The notes under the pieces: model-generated | Database searches by the model: none | Told to the model about the DNA's origin: nothing | What the model saw: only the letters and a program-made list of their open reading frames with translations | From: Dictyostelium discoideum | Lineage: Eukaryota | Length of the DNA: 64,000 nt | Direction of reading: 5' to 3' | Assembly (NCBI GenBank): GCA_000004695.1 | Contig: CM000151.3 | Coordinates: forward strand, 512,001 to 576,000 | Translations under genes and position numbers: made by a program | Shown here: positions 36,801 to 48,073 of the stretch, piece after piece | How positions within the stretch are numbered: the stretch's first letter is position 1 | Layout: every line of letters starts with the position of its first letter

Positions 36801-38308
36801 GAAATAAGAACATTGATGAATTATTCATTGAGAAAGTTTCAGAATTATTTTCAATGGATGAATCAAAGATAAATAAAAATCTTAGATTAATCGATTATGG
36901 TGCAGATTCACTAATAATAGTTCAATTAAAAAATTGGATAGATAAAGAAATTGGTATAAATTTAATAACAATTCAACAACTTCAAAACAATACAATTAGC
37001 ACTTCAATGAAAATGATATTAAATTCATTAATGAAAAATAATCAAAATATAGATGACAATAATAAAGACCTACCTTCAAATAGAATCGATTATTGGAAGA
37101 ATGAAATGAAATTTGAAGAGTCTATTAAACCAATATCAAATGAAATACAATCAAGGAATAATTCAGAAAAAATTATTTTATTAACCGGTACAACTGGTTT
37201 TTTAGGTGGTTTCTTATTATTCAATATGGTAAGATTAGATTCATGTAAATTAATTTATTGTTTAATTAGAAATAAAAGTAAATCAAATAATCCATTAGAT
37301 GAAATTATAAATAATTTAAAATATCATCAACTTTATGAAAAATTAAATCAATCACAAATTTCAAAGATTATACCAATTATTGGTGATTTATCAATGAATA
37401 AACTTGGTCTTTCAAATGATGATTATGAAACAATTTCAAAAAATGTAAATTTAATAATCAATCCAGGTGCAGATATTAATCAAAAATCAAGTTACCAAGA
37501 TTGTAAATTAGTAAATGTAAATGGAGTAAAAGAAATTATTAAATTATCATTATCATCATTAAAACAAAGGATACCAATTGTAAACTTTTCATCATTTTCA
37601 GTATTTTTCAATCAATCACTTGATAAGAATTTTGATGAATCAGTTTTACCATCAATTGATAATATTGATAATTTACCAACAGAATATATGAAGAGTAAAG
37701 TTGTTGGTGAATATATTTTATTGGAAGCTTCTAAAAAATATAATATACCATCAATTTTAATTAGACCACCAAGTATATTTTTAAATCCAGAAACAGGTAT
37801 TGGTCATATTAGTGACTTCTCTTTATTATCAATCCAATCATGTTATGAATTAGGTTATTATCCAAATCAATTTGAAAATGATTTTATTTTAATTAATACA
37901 ATTACATGGTTATCAAATAATATTACAAATATTATAATGAATGATAATTGTTGGACAGATTCAAAAATGAATATTTATAATGTACATGGTAAACAAATTC
38001 AATCAAGTTTAATAATTAAACCACTTGAAAAACATTTCAATTGTAAACATATCAATACTAATGATTGGATTGATATGGTAAATAATTCAAATAAAAAATC
38101 ATGTATTAAATTAAAATCATTCCATTCTTTGGATATAATTTTAAAAAGTGAAAACAATAGATATAAACCCAATGAAAATCAAAGCATATCATTATCAACC
38201 AAATCATTACTAGAATCAATGGGCTCATACAACACTGATCTTGAAATCACTGATAAAATGATTATTTCTCATATTAATCAAATTTTTAATTTAAATGAAA
38301 CAATTTAA
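30150..38308 (+). CDS. PKS paralog 4, exon 2: complete KS(C-term)-AT-DH-cMT-ER-KR-ACP-R megasynthase (about 2920 aa after splicing) with C-terminal NAD(P)-dependent thioester reductase
   Basis: Continuous 2707-aa ORF; all catalytic motifs are listed in the domain entries below; stop TAA at 38306-38308. Confidence 0.9.
31160..32135 (+). other. Domain: acyltransferase (AT)
   Basis: 'FVFSGQGSQYPKMA' and active-site 'GHSLGEISA' (Ser at ~31445-31447). Confidence 0.8.
32280..33130 (+). other. Domain: dehydratase (DH)
   Basis: 'IDHLG...' N-terminal region and 'LKGHMVKGKYYFPGCGY' H-x3-G-x4-P active-site motif. Confidence 0.65.
33600..34300 (+). other. Domain: C-methyltransferase (cMT)
   Basis: SAM motif I 'ILEFGGGTASLSVEV'; downstream 'YDFVIMSNVLHVV' motif II/III-like. 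Confidence 0.65.
34940..35885 (+). other. Domain: enoylreductase (ER, MDR superfamily), nucleotide motif atypical
   Basis: 'QVEVKTIATGINYKDY...GYEFSGIITRVGNNVKDYKVGDNVFGL' and 'ILIHLGSDGFGLSTFEILKW'; the glycine-rich motif reads G-S-D-G-F-G rather than the canonical G-x-G-x-x-G. Confidence 0.55.
35970..36575 (+). other. Domain: ketoreductase (KR)
   Basis: Rossmann 'ILVTGQSGIILEIL'; catalytic 'CTYVCANALLDSF' (Y-x3-N). Confidence 0.65.
36800..37040 (+). other. Domain: acyl carrier protein (ACP)
   Basis: 'LRLIDYGADSLIIVQLKNWI', phosphopantetheine Ser in 'GADSL' at ~36908-36910. Confidence 0.75.
37165..38305 (+). other. Domain: C-terminal thioester reductase (R, SDR-type)
   Basis: 'ILLTGTTGFLGGFLLFNM' (TGxxGxxG NAD(P)-binding) and 'PTEYMKSKVVGEY' (YxxxK catalytic pair). 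Confidence 0.75.
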
Positions 38309-38426
38309 TTAAAAAATAAAATTTTAAAATTTTAATAAATATAAATATAATTTTTAATTTATTTATTTTTTTTTATTATTACTATTATTATTATTATTAT
38401 TATTATTATTTTTTAATTAATTAATT

Positions 38427-39325
38427 TTAACCTCTTGAAATATCTCTACCGAAAACACTACTCTTTAACCAATCGAAAGAGACTAAAGCACGATTTCTAA
38501 CACTTAAAAGTTTAGTGAAATATACACTTCTCCAGAGGTAATAAGTGATATAACCTTCAGAGACAGTTGTTGAATGATCACCTTTGAATTCAGCTACAGC
38601 TTGATGATCACCAACATAAGCTAAAGTACCCATATGTTTATATTTAAATAATGGTTTCTCTTTGACGGCTTCCTCAAAGCTTTTATTTGAACCAGTGATT
38701 GAATTGAAAAGGTTTAATTTCTCTTGTTGTTTTTCTTTTTCCTCTTTATGTGCATCTGGATTCTCTCTCTTTTTAATGAGATCATTATTCATTTCCTCTG
38801 CCAATTGATTGAATAATCTGCCTAAATAACGACCTTGTTGAGAAGCAACTTGAGCAGTTTGAGCCAATGGTTTTGATGGATTAATTGAAGCATCACCAAT
38901 TGACCAAATTCCATCAGTACCAGCCACTCTGAAATAATCATCAACAACCAAACCTCTTCTATTGTTTTGAATATTTGGTCCGATCGATTGCATAATTTGA
39001 GTGGTAATCTTTCTTGGTGTATTACCGGTTGCCCATACTAATAAACCGTATGGATGAATTGATTCCTCTTTGGTTGTAGTATTCTTTACTGTAATCTCTT
39101 TCTCTCTAACTCCAACAACTGCTGTCTTTGTCCAAATCTTTGTATTGTTTGAACTTTGAAGACGTTTTTCAACATGATCAATAATCTTCTTATCAAAAAT
39201 TGTTAAAATATGTGGAAGTGCTTCAACTAATGTAACATTAATTCTCTTTGCTAATGGATATGTTTTTAATAAATCTGATTGAAGGAAATCATTTAATTCT
39301 GCTGTAAATTCAACACCAGATGGAC
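38427..39325 (-). CDS. NDH-2 NADH dehydrogenase, exon 3 (second GxGxxG Rossmann fold to C-terminus)
   Basis: Intron 39326..39454 is 129 bp, A/T-rich, with GTAAGT...TTTTAG boundaries. Splicing gives 'VVVGGG|PSGVEFTAEL...LVWATGN...IWSIGD...MGTLAYVGDHQAVAEF...YITYYLWRSVYFTKLLSVRNRALVSFDWLKSSVFGRDISRG*', colinear with Ndi1. Confidence 0.8.
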
Positions 39326-39398
39326 CTAAAATAAAAATAAAAAAATAAAAAATAAAAAATAAAAAAATTTGAAAATTAAAAATGATTAGGACAGCGAG

Positions 39399-39429
<31 letters not shown>

Positions 39430-39454
39430 GGGAAAAATATATAAATAAACTTAC

Positions 39455-39879
39455 CACCACCAACTACAACGAAATTTAATAAACGATCAATTTCTTTTTC
39501 AGGTTGACCAGGATAAGAAGCAGTTTCAAGACAATCAATAATTTTATCTCTAATGTTACGAGTATCATTAATTTCTTTTAAGAAACAAGCATTCTCTTTT
39601 ACACCTGGAATACCAAAGGTTTGATTATCGGCACCGACACCAACGATCAAATGATCATACTCTAATTCGAATTCTGAAACTTCACCTTTTACAGCACTAT
39701 TATCATAACATTTAACCTTTTTAGAAACTGGATCAACTGATAAACATTCTGCTTCATAAAAAGTTGCATCCTCTGCATCTGCTCTCTTACAATACTTTCT
39801 AATTGGTTCCATAATTGATCTAACTTCAACTGTACCTGTTGTACCACCAACTAATAATGGTGTAAATAAAAAGTAATTT
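39455..39879 (-). CDS. NDH-2 NADH dehydrogenase, exon 2
   Basis: The acceptor ...AAAAG|AAATTAC restores 'ISPR|[29 protein letters not shown]...LNFVVVGGG', matching yeast Ndi1 '[31 protein letters not shown]'; intron 39880..39956; exon ends at a GTAAGT donor at 39454. Confidence 0.8.
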
Positions 39880-39956
39880 CTTTTTTTTTTTTTTTAAATT
39901 TAAAATAAATTAGTAAATAAGATTAAAATAAAAATAAAATTAAATAATTTAATTAC

Positions 39957-40387
39957 CTTGGTGAAATGATTGTAACATCAAATAAATCAGTATGTAATTT
40001 TCTTAAGAAACATAATGAACCCCAACCAGTACCAAGAATGACAACTTTTGGTCTTTTCTTTCTTTCACTTTCTGGTAATCTAGTTCTAAATTTATCAGTG
40101 ACTGAATCGAAATCATCATTAACCACCATATCAATTATCCAAAAACCACCTAAACCTGCTACTGCTAATCCACCCCAAAATGCAAATTTATTCATTTTCT
40201 TTTTTGGTTCTTGTTCTTTTTGTTGTTGTTGTTGTTGATTTTGTTCATTATTATTACTATTATCAGTTGATGTCGAAAATCTTTGTATAAATTGTGTTTG
40301 ATTATTTTTACATGCGACAATACGATTTGTTGACACTGTTTTAATTAATTGATTTTTATTAACTTTTGAAAATGCTCTTGAAATCAT
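39957..40387 (-). CDS. Type II (alternative, rotenone-insensitive) NADH:ubiquinone oxidoreductase, NDH-2 (yeast Ndi1/Nde1 family), exon 1
   Basis: 'MISRAFSKVNK...KKRPKVVILGTGWGSLCFLRKLHTDLFDVTIISPR' contains the first dinucleotide-binding GxGxxG motif; GTAATT donor at 39956. Confidence 0.8.
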
Positions 40388-40680
40388 TTTTTAATTTATT
40401 TATTTTATTAATTTATTTATTTTATTAATTTGTTTATTTTTTATTTATTTATTTATTTTTGGAAAAAAAAAAAAAAATTAAAAGGTTTTAATTTTTATAA
40501 ATCTTTGAAAAAAAAAAAAAAAAAATTGAAAAATAAAAATAGAAAAATAAAAAAAAAGTTATTATTATAACTTTATAATTAGTTGTAGTTTGTGAAGTGA
40601 GAAAAAAAAATGAAGAAAAAAAAAAAAAAAAAAATTCAAAAAAAAAATAAAAAAAATATAATACCACAAAAAAAAAAAAA

Positions 40681-40740
40681 AAAACAGTAGGACCTGCATA
40701 GGTCGGGGCAAATTTTACGTATTTGCCACCATACTGTTAG
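40681..40740. other. Imperfect palindrome / stem-loop in the divergent intergenic region
   Basis: 'acagtagg acctgcataggtcggg GCAAAT tttacgt ATTTGC caccatactgt': inner 7-bp stem plus outer 'acagtagg/ccatactgt' stem; relatively GC-rich for intergenic DNA. Confidence 0.3.
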
Positions 40741-41199
40741 ATTTTTATTTTTTTTTTTTTATTTTTTTTTTTTTTTTTTCGGAAATGAAATGGCTTTCGT
40801 TTTTGATCACCTGGTATGAAAAAAATAAAAATTATGCACCCAACCCAAAAACAAAAAAAAAAAAAAAAAAAATTAAAAAAAATATTAAAAAAAAAATTTT
40901 TGAAATCAAATATGATATTTTCCCATATTAATTAATTTGGGAAATAATATTTTTTTTATTTATCAATTTTATTATATTTTTATTTTATTTTATTTTATAT
41001 TTTATATTATATTATTTACAAAAATAGAATTTTTATTTTTTATTTTTTATTTTTTTTAATTCTGCAATTATTTTCTAATTAAAAAAAAATGAAAGGGTGA
41101 TTACTATATAAATAAAAACAAAACAAAAAATAAAAGGGCTCTACTTTTTTTGTTAATTTAATTTAATTTTTTTATTTTATTTTTTTTTTTTTTTTTTTT

Positions 41200-41238
<39 letters not shown>

Positions 41239-41299
41239 AAAACGAATTTTTTTTTTTTTATTTTAATTTTTATTTTTCTGAAATAATTGTAATAATAAT

Positions 41300-41863
41300 A
41301 TGTTAAAGTTTTGTAGTAAGACTAAAATACTATTTGGTAGTTTGAATGGTGGAATCATTTCAACATCCATTTTTAAAAGAGATTTTTCAAAAATTCCAAT
41401 TAGAACTTCAATTTTTAATAATCAAACCAGCATTCCAAAAAGAATGATGATGATAAAAATTGAAGGTGAAGGAACTGTAAAAAAAGAATTAACAAATGAA
41501 GAGAAACAAAAGATTAAAGAGAAAAAGAAAAAAGAACAAATTGAAAGAAATGCATTAAAAAAACAGAATCGTGCTGCAATGATTGAAAGATCAAAAGAAC
41601 TTAAAAAGACTAAAAAGGAAAAAGATATTCAATCAAATGAAAAGAAATCTCAAAATACCAAAAATAAAGATAAAGATGATGACGATGATTACTATGATGA
41701 AGATGACGAAGATGATGAAGATGAACATGAAAAAAAAGGCGAAAGTGATGAAATTATAGATTTTGCTGAAGGTGATGGAGAAACATACTTTCCAAAAAAA
41801 GAAAAAGTTAAAGTAAAACCAAATAAAAAGAAACCAAACAATGATAAAGGTTTTCGTAGATGA
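41300..41863 (+). CDS. Hypothetical K/E-rich protein (187 aa) with basic, presequence-like N-terminus and acidic C-terminal tail
   Basis: ORF 'MLKFCSKTKILFGSLNGGIISTSIFKRDFSKIPIRT...KEKKKKEQIERNALKKQNRAAMIERSKELKK...DDDDDYYDEDDEDDEDEHE...'; no catalytic motif recognised. Confidence 0.45.
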   Translation: MLKFCSKTKILFGSLNGGIISTSIFKRDFSKIPIRTSIFNNQTSIPKRMMMIKIEGEGTVKKELTNEEKQKIKEKKKKEQIERNALKKQNRAAMIERSKELKKTKKEKDIQSNEKKSQNTKNKDKDDDDDYYDEDDEDDEDEHEKKGESDEIIDFAEGDGETYFPKKEKVKVKPNKKKPNNDKGFRR

Positions 41864-42126
41864 TTTTAATATACAAATGTAAAAAAAAATAAAAAATAAA
41901 AAATAAAAAATAAAAAATAAAAAATAAAAAATAAAATAATAATAAAAAAAAAAAAGATATTATAATTTAAATTATTATTTATTTTTTTATTTTTTTAAAT
42001 CTGATCAATTTGTTTGGGTTGAAAAAAATAAAAAAAATTAATTTAAAAAAAAAAAAATGGAAAAAATTGAAAAAAAATAAAATCTAAAAAAAAAAGATAC
42101 AGACAAAATGGTATCAGTTTTTTTTT

Positions 42127-42155
42127 TTTGTTTTGTTTTGTTTTGTTTTGTTTTG

Positions 42156-42185
<30 letters not shown>
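42127..42185. repeat. (TTTTG)n simple repeat, about 12 units
   Basis: Direct reading: ttttgttttgttttg... Confidence 0.9.
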
Positions 42186-42186
<1 letters not shown>

Positions 42187-42532
42187 TTTATTTTATTTTG
42201 TTTTTTTTTTTTTATATTTTTATATTTTTATATTTTTATTTATATATTTTATTATAATAAAATTCTCTCCAACCAAATAAATATCTTTGAGTGGGTGGGG
42301 GTGTTAATCAAAACTCCACGTTTCTTTGGTGATTTAAAAATCATAGCATCCTTTTTGGAGGAGTGGTTAAATATAAACTGTATTTTAAAAAAAAAAAAAA
42401 AGAAATGAAAATAATATAAATATTTAAAAAGTGCTATATTAAACCTTGGTTATAATAATAAGATTTTTGTGTATTCACAATTTTGTGAAACTTTTTTTTT
42501 AATTTTTTTTTTTTCCTTTTTTTTTTTCTTTT

Positions 42533-42564
<32 letters not shown>

Positions 42565-42756
42565 TATTTTATTTTTTTATTTTTTTTTCAGTCCCAAAAA
42601 ATCAAAAAAAAAAAAAAAAAAATAAAAAAAAAAAGAGTGTTTTTTAATTTATTTTATTTATTTTTATTTATTTCATTATTTTTGTATTGTAGAGTTTATA
42701 TCTAAACAATAAAATAATTTTGTAAAATTTATATATCTTTACTTTGTTCGAAAATC

Positions 42757-42798
<42 letters not shown>

Positions 42799-43495
42799 CC
42801 ACACTAATGCAAATAGATTTTAACAATACATTTACATACACACATATATAAATAAATATATATATTTTTTTATTTTTTTTTTATTCTCAACTTTCAAATT
42901 TAACAATTTGTTGAATCATCAAATTAGGAGAACTTGTGTTAACACTCTTCACCACACTCACACACTTAAATATAAATATACAAATATCTTTTTTTATTTT
43001 TTTTTATTTTTTTTATTATTTTTATTATTTTTATTCTATTTTCTAATTTATATAAATAAATATATATTACTTTCACAATTAAAATTTAACACCATCGAAA
43101 TAAATACAATAAAAAAAAATAAAAAAATAAAAAATAAAATAAAATAAAAATAAAATTAAAATAAAACAATTTATTAATACATTCACACACAAAAAATAAA
43201 ACAAACAAAAAACGGTACACCCACCCTCACATTTTTTTTTTTTTTTATTTTCTTTTTTTGGATTGTTTTTTTTTTTAATTTTTTTTTTTTTTATTTAAAT
43301 AAAAAAATTTAATTACTCTTTTGGTTTAATTTTTTATAAAAAAAAAAAAAAAAAAAAAAAAAACTTTTTTTAGACAAAATAAAAAATAAAAAAATAAAAA
43401 AATAAAAAATAAAATAAAAAATAAAATAAAACATAAAATAAAACTTAAAATCCAAAAAACAAACAAACAAATAAATAAAAAAATAAATAAAAGAA

Positions 43496-44230
43496 ATGTC
43501 AAAATTAGAAAGTGAATTAGCAAAATTAATATTAGAGAATAATAAAGCCAAGGGAATAGACAGTAGTAATAGTCTTGGCCCACCAAGTATTACATTTGGA
43601 GATAAAAGTAATAGTTTTATTGGTACCACTAAAACCAATATAAATAGTATAGGCAATAACAGTAGTGGTAGTAGTAGTAAAAGTTTAAATGTACCAAGTA
43701 TTGTCGTTAGTTGTGATAATGAAAATTCTAATAGTAACTTCAATAAAGGTTGTTGCTTTAATGTAAATAATAATAATAATAATAATAGTAATCTATTCAA
43801 CGATAAGAAACAGCAGCAACAACAACAAGGACCATCACCATCACCATCACCACCATCACCATCATCATTATCAACATCACCAAATTGTAAAAGTAATTTT
43901 AGTAGCTGTAGTGATAGTGGTAGTAATGATAAAGAGGCATTAATATATCAAATGAGACAAAAAAAGATTAAATCATTAGAGAGAAGAGAACCATCAAATG
44001 TACTAATAATAGAGAATATAAGTGAAAAGAATGCACAATTAGTTCAACTATTGGTAGAAGATCAAAATTTAAATTTCTCATTCTCTGTTCAACTTATTAG
44101 ATATCTATCACATTTTAAATCTTTGATTCTAGTTTTTTCACATAGAAATGAGGCGGAATTATGTAAATTATTAGTTTCAAGACAAGATTCAATTAAACTT
44201 GATGTTGATACAATACTTTATTTTGGAAAG
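43496..44230 (+). CDS. rcnA: Calcipressin / RCAN (regulator of calcineurin) homolog, exon 1 (N-terminal RRM-like domain)
   Basis: '...NVLIIENISEKNAQLVQLLVEDQNLNFSFSVQLIRYLSHFKSLILVFSHRNEAELCKLLVSRQDSIKLDVDTILYFGK' resembles the RCAN N-terminal RRM-like domain ending in the conserved 'LYF(A/G)' element; GTAAAT donor at 44231 (phase 0). Confidence 0.7.
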
Positions 44231-44407
<177 letters not shown>

Positions 44408-44884
44408 GAAATTTCAATCGGTTCAATTGGAAAATATCAATTAACAACACCATTTGCAACAAGACAGCATTTAATATCACCACCATTAAGTCCCCCAAAT
44501 GAATGGAGTGCACCAGGTGATGGTATGGAACATCCTCCAACTGATGTTGACCCATTTGCAGTTGTCACAAGAGTTGTAATCGATGAAAATGATGATGAGA
44601 ATTTCAGTTTTGGTGGTAATAATAAAAATGATAATAATGATAATGATAATAATAATAAAAATAAAAATAATAATAATAACAATGGTGGTTGTAATGATAG
44701 TGAAAGTGAAACACCCTCATCTTCATTAGTGGGGTTTTCAACAAATAGTAGAAATAGTAGTAATAATAGTGAAAGTACTTTTGTTAATAGTTTAGATCCT
44801 GAACAATTATCTGACCGATTAAGAAAAGTAATTTATCAAGATAATACTTCAAATGGTTTCCCTTCAATTACTTTAGAGTTTTGT

Positions 44885-44890
<6 letters not shown>
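44408..44890 (+). CDS. rcnA: Calcipressin / RCAN homolog, exon 2 (FLISPPxSPP calcineurin-regulatory motif and acidic C-terminus)
   Basis: 'EISIGSIGKYQLTTPFATRQHLISPPLSPPNEWSAPGDG...' matches the RCAN signature 'FLISPPxSPPxxW'; stop TAA at 44888-44890. Confidence 0.75.
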
Positions 44891-44920
<30 letters not shown>

Positions 44921-45799
44921 TTATCAATCCCTTAATAATATTACAAAAATTACAATTATCATCCAAACGAACAAAAAGGGATTATTCTTTTATTTTTATA
45001 AATACTCAAGTACTCTCTGTCTCTATCTCTCTCCATTGTCAATCTTTTTTTTTATTTTTTTTTTATTTTTATTTTTTTATTTAATTAAATCCACAAAGAA
45101 ATAAAAAAAAAAAAAAAAAACATTAATTGTATATTAAAAATAAATTTAAACATTTTTATATTTTTTTTGTACTATATATTTTTATTTTCTTTATTATTTT
45201 TTATTTTTTCCTGACTACTATCTTTTTCTTTTTCCTCTTCTTCTTCTTCTTCTTCTTCCATCCTTGGCCAAACTTTTGGTAATTTAATATTACTTAATGC
45301 TTAATCTTCAAATAAATTTGAAACAAATTAATTTTTTTTTTTTTTTTTTCTAAGTTGGATGGATTTGTTTCATAGCATGGCTTTCTAGGTTAAATTATTT
45401 ATTATCATTATCTTTTTTTTTTTTTTCTTTTAATAATGATTTCATATTTTCTGTTAACAAAAAAAAAAAAAAAAAAAAACTAGAGATGCCTGACATTTAA
45501 CTTAATTTAAATTAACCTGTATTTAGATTTGCTGTTAGTTTAACTTTGCATGCACAACTAAAAATAAACCTTTTTAAATATTTGTAATAACAAAAAAAAA
45601 AAAATTGAAAATTATGGGTTTGTTGTTTTTTTTATTTTTTTTTTTAGAAATAAAAAAGAAAAGTGGATGACTCTTGATTAAAAAAAAAATTCAATGTACT
45701 TCCATTAATATTTCAAATTAATTATTTTATTTTTTTACCTTTTTTTTTCTTATTTTAATAATTTTTAAAAAAACTATTAATAAATAATTGTTTTTAACT

Positions 45800-47822
45800 T
45801 TATTTTTCAAATCTTTTCATTTTGGCTAATCTTTTACTTAATTGTTTTTCCAAATTTCTTTTATATAATAAAAATGAGACAGCGCCAATAACTGAAAGAA
45901 ATACTACACCACCAACTACAGAGCCAGCAATAATGGCTGTTTTTGATGAATATTCCTCTTGATTTCCACAATTTGTTGGATTAAATTTAACCAAAACTTG
46001 AAAGTCAGGATCTATCAAACACTCCTTTGTGCAATGGGGTAATTGTAAAGCAGTGATTATTGAGTCCTTTGTTTTATTTATTACTAATGTATTTAAGAAT
46101 GTACTTCTACCATCTGATAATGCACGTGATATAATTCTACCAATTAATTGTTTTCCATTTTTTTGAATTTTAATATAATTTGAATATTGATCTTCTTGAT
46201 TATCAATATCAATTTTATTCTTATCAATTATATTACAATTATTATCATATTGAATTTCATCATTATCATCATCACCATCATAACCATTGTTATTATCTGA
46301 AACTGATGATTCAAATGTTAATTGAAGTGAATTTAATGATGTTTGATAATGATAGTTTTTAATTGAAATTGAAATTTTAATTGAATTTTCATCCAATGTA
46401 AAATTAATTCCTGCAAAATTTGAATTTCTTTTAATTTTAACTTCTTCTAATGTTGCAGTTATTAAACAATCTTTATTATTATCTGATAATATGGTTTGAG
46501 TGAAAATTAGAGCTGGATTACCTAGAGTTGATTTTTTTGTTAAATTCCAATTACCTTTTAATAAATGATTTTTAATAATAAGATTATTTTGATCAATTTC
46601 TAATAATGATAAAATATTAATTTGATAATTTGTATCTTGATTAATAATTGTTGTATCACCATTATCAGAGATTGTATTATTTGATTTTGAAGGTGGTAAA
46701 ATACTACTACAATCATATCCTTGGAATCCATTTTTACAAATACAAATTGAATTTATACAATCACCATTATTTATTGATGTGCATCTATTTATACAATTAT
46801 TATTATTATTGTTATTGTTGTTGTTGTTATTTGAAATTGGTAAATATTTATAAATATTTGTAAAATTGTATGTAGTACCATCAATGATTATTGAAATTGA
46901 TACAATTCCTTTACCAGATTGAGCTATACAATTAATCATTTCAAATGAAGTTGAATGTAATGAACATTGTTTACCACCAATATAAACTTCAAATTTTGAA
47001 GAAGAGTAACCAAAAAACCCATACAATGTTGTGTTTCCACCATTTTCAGTTGTTTCACCAATTGCTGATATTGAAATGTTGGCATATTCACATTGTACTC
47101 CATAATAGTTGTCAGAGCAAATACAACTATCAATAAAACAATATCCATTTAAACCACAATCAATAGGACAATCAGTTGGTGTTATTTCACTACAGTCATT
47201 ATTTGAATTTGGATTATTACAATCACAAATACCAGTATTATAATCACATTCACCTTCTGGGTAATTACATTCATTTGGACATTGAGGAATATTTGTAATT
47301 TTATCAATACTTAATTCATCAACATCAAATATTACTACCCTATCATCAATTATCATATATATATGATATGGACCTCCACCGCTACCACCACTACCACCAC
47401 CACTACCACCAGAAATTGCAAACCGACCAATAATTGAATGGAATGTAGTACTAATAATATCAATTTTATAATTATTGATATATATAAAAACTAGTGATGA
47501 ATTGTATGTAAAGTATTGTCCTTTAATTTCAATTTGATCTTTTGAAGTTAAAATTGAAATTGGGTTTGGTTTTGCTAATTGATACCAAGTTGATAAATAA
47601 AATAAATTATTTACTAAACTTTTTGTAAAATTAAATTCTAAAATTTTCTTTGAATAACCAAATGAATAATCTATTTCATAAATTAAATATTTTTCATTTA
47701 CAATATTATATTCTGAATCTCTAGTATAAAATTCAATATCATTAGTTTGAATTGATTCCCATTCAAACCCCAAATCACTTCCAACCAAAAATAATTTATT
47801 TGATTCAAATATAATATTTGGA
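45800..47822 (-). CDS. Type I transmembrane surface protein, last (large) exon: Cys-rich EGF-like repeats, IPT/TIG-like domain, Gly/Ser linker, TM helix and short basic cytoplasmic tail
   Basis: 'CPNECNYPEGECDYNTGICDCN...CPIDCGLNGYCFIDSCICSDNYYGVQCEY' (EGF/laminin-EGF-like); 'KFEVYIGGKQCSLHSTSFEMINCIAQSGKGIVSISIIIDG' (TIG-like); 'TAIIAGSVVGGVVFLSVIGAVSFLLYKRNLEK' (TM + stop-transfer); acceptor ...AATAG at 47823-47824. Confidence 0.7.
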
Positions 47823-47913
47823 ATTAAAGTTTCTATTATTATTATTATTACAAGTGTTAGTTTTTATAAATAAATAAATAATTAAATTATTAATAATAGT
47901 AAGTAAAATTTAC

Positions 47914-47995
47914 TGCAAGTATTATAAATGATCGGAACATCAGATACAGTAGAGCCAATAATATTGTTTTTAAAGCTGATATCCTTGAAATAACC
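47914..47995 (-). CDS. Same surface-protein gene, small internal exon (82 bp)
   Basis: TTTTAG|gttatttcaagg...acttgca|GTAAAT; keeps the frame open from the upstream exon into the large last exon ('...CYFKDISFKNNIIGSTVSDVPIIYNTCK|TLIPNIIFESNKLFLVGSDLGFEWES'). Confidence 0.5.
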
Positions 47996-48073
47996 TAAAA
48001 TTATATTATTTTTATTTTTAATTATTTTATTTTATTATTTTTATTTTATTTATTGATTAAAAAATAAACTTAC

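Noticed and set aside
39330-39460. The 'KFIYIFFPKKKKKKKKKTLAVLIIFNFQIFLFFIFYFFIFILG' segment inside the 38427..39812 ORF-track protein
   Set aside because: It is intron read-through: GTAAGT donor at 39454 and TTTTAG acceptor at 39326, and removing it restores the conserved NDH-2 'VVVGGGPSGVEF' Rossmann motif. It is not part of the protein.
39966-40238. Plus-strand 90-aa ORF overlapping NDH-2 exon 1 on the opposite strand
   Set aside because: It is antisense to a well-supported coding exon and ends in a poly-C/poly-F low-complexity tail, so it is a shadow ORF.
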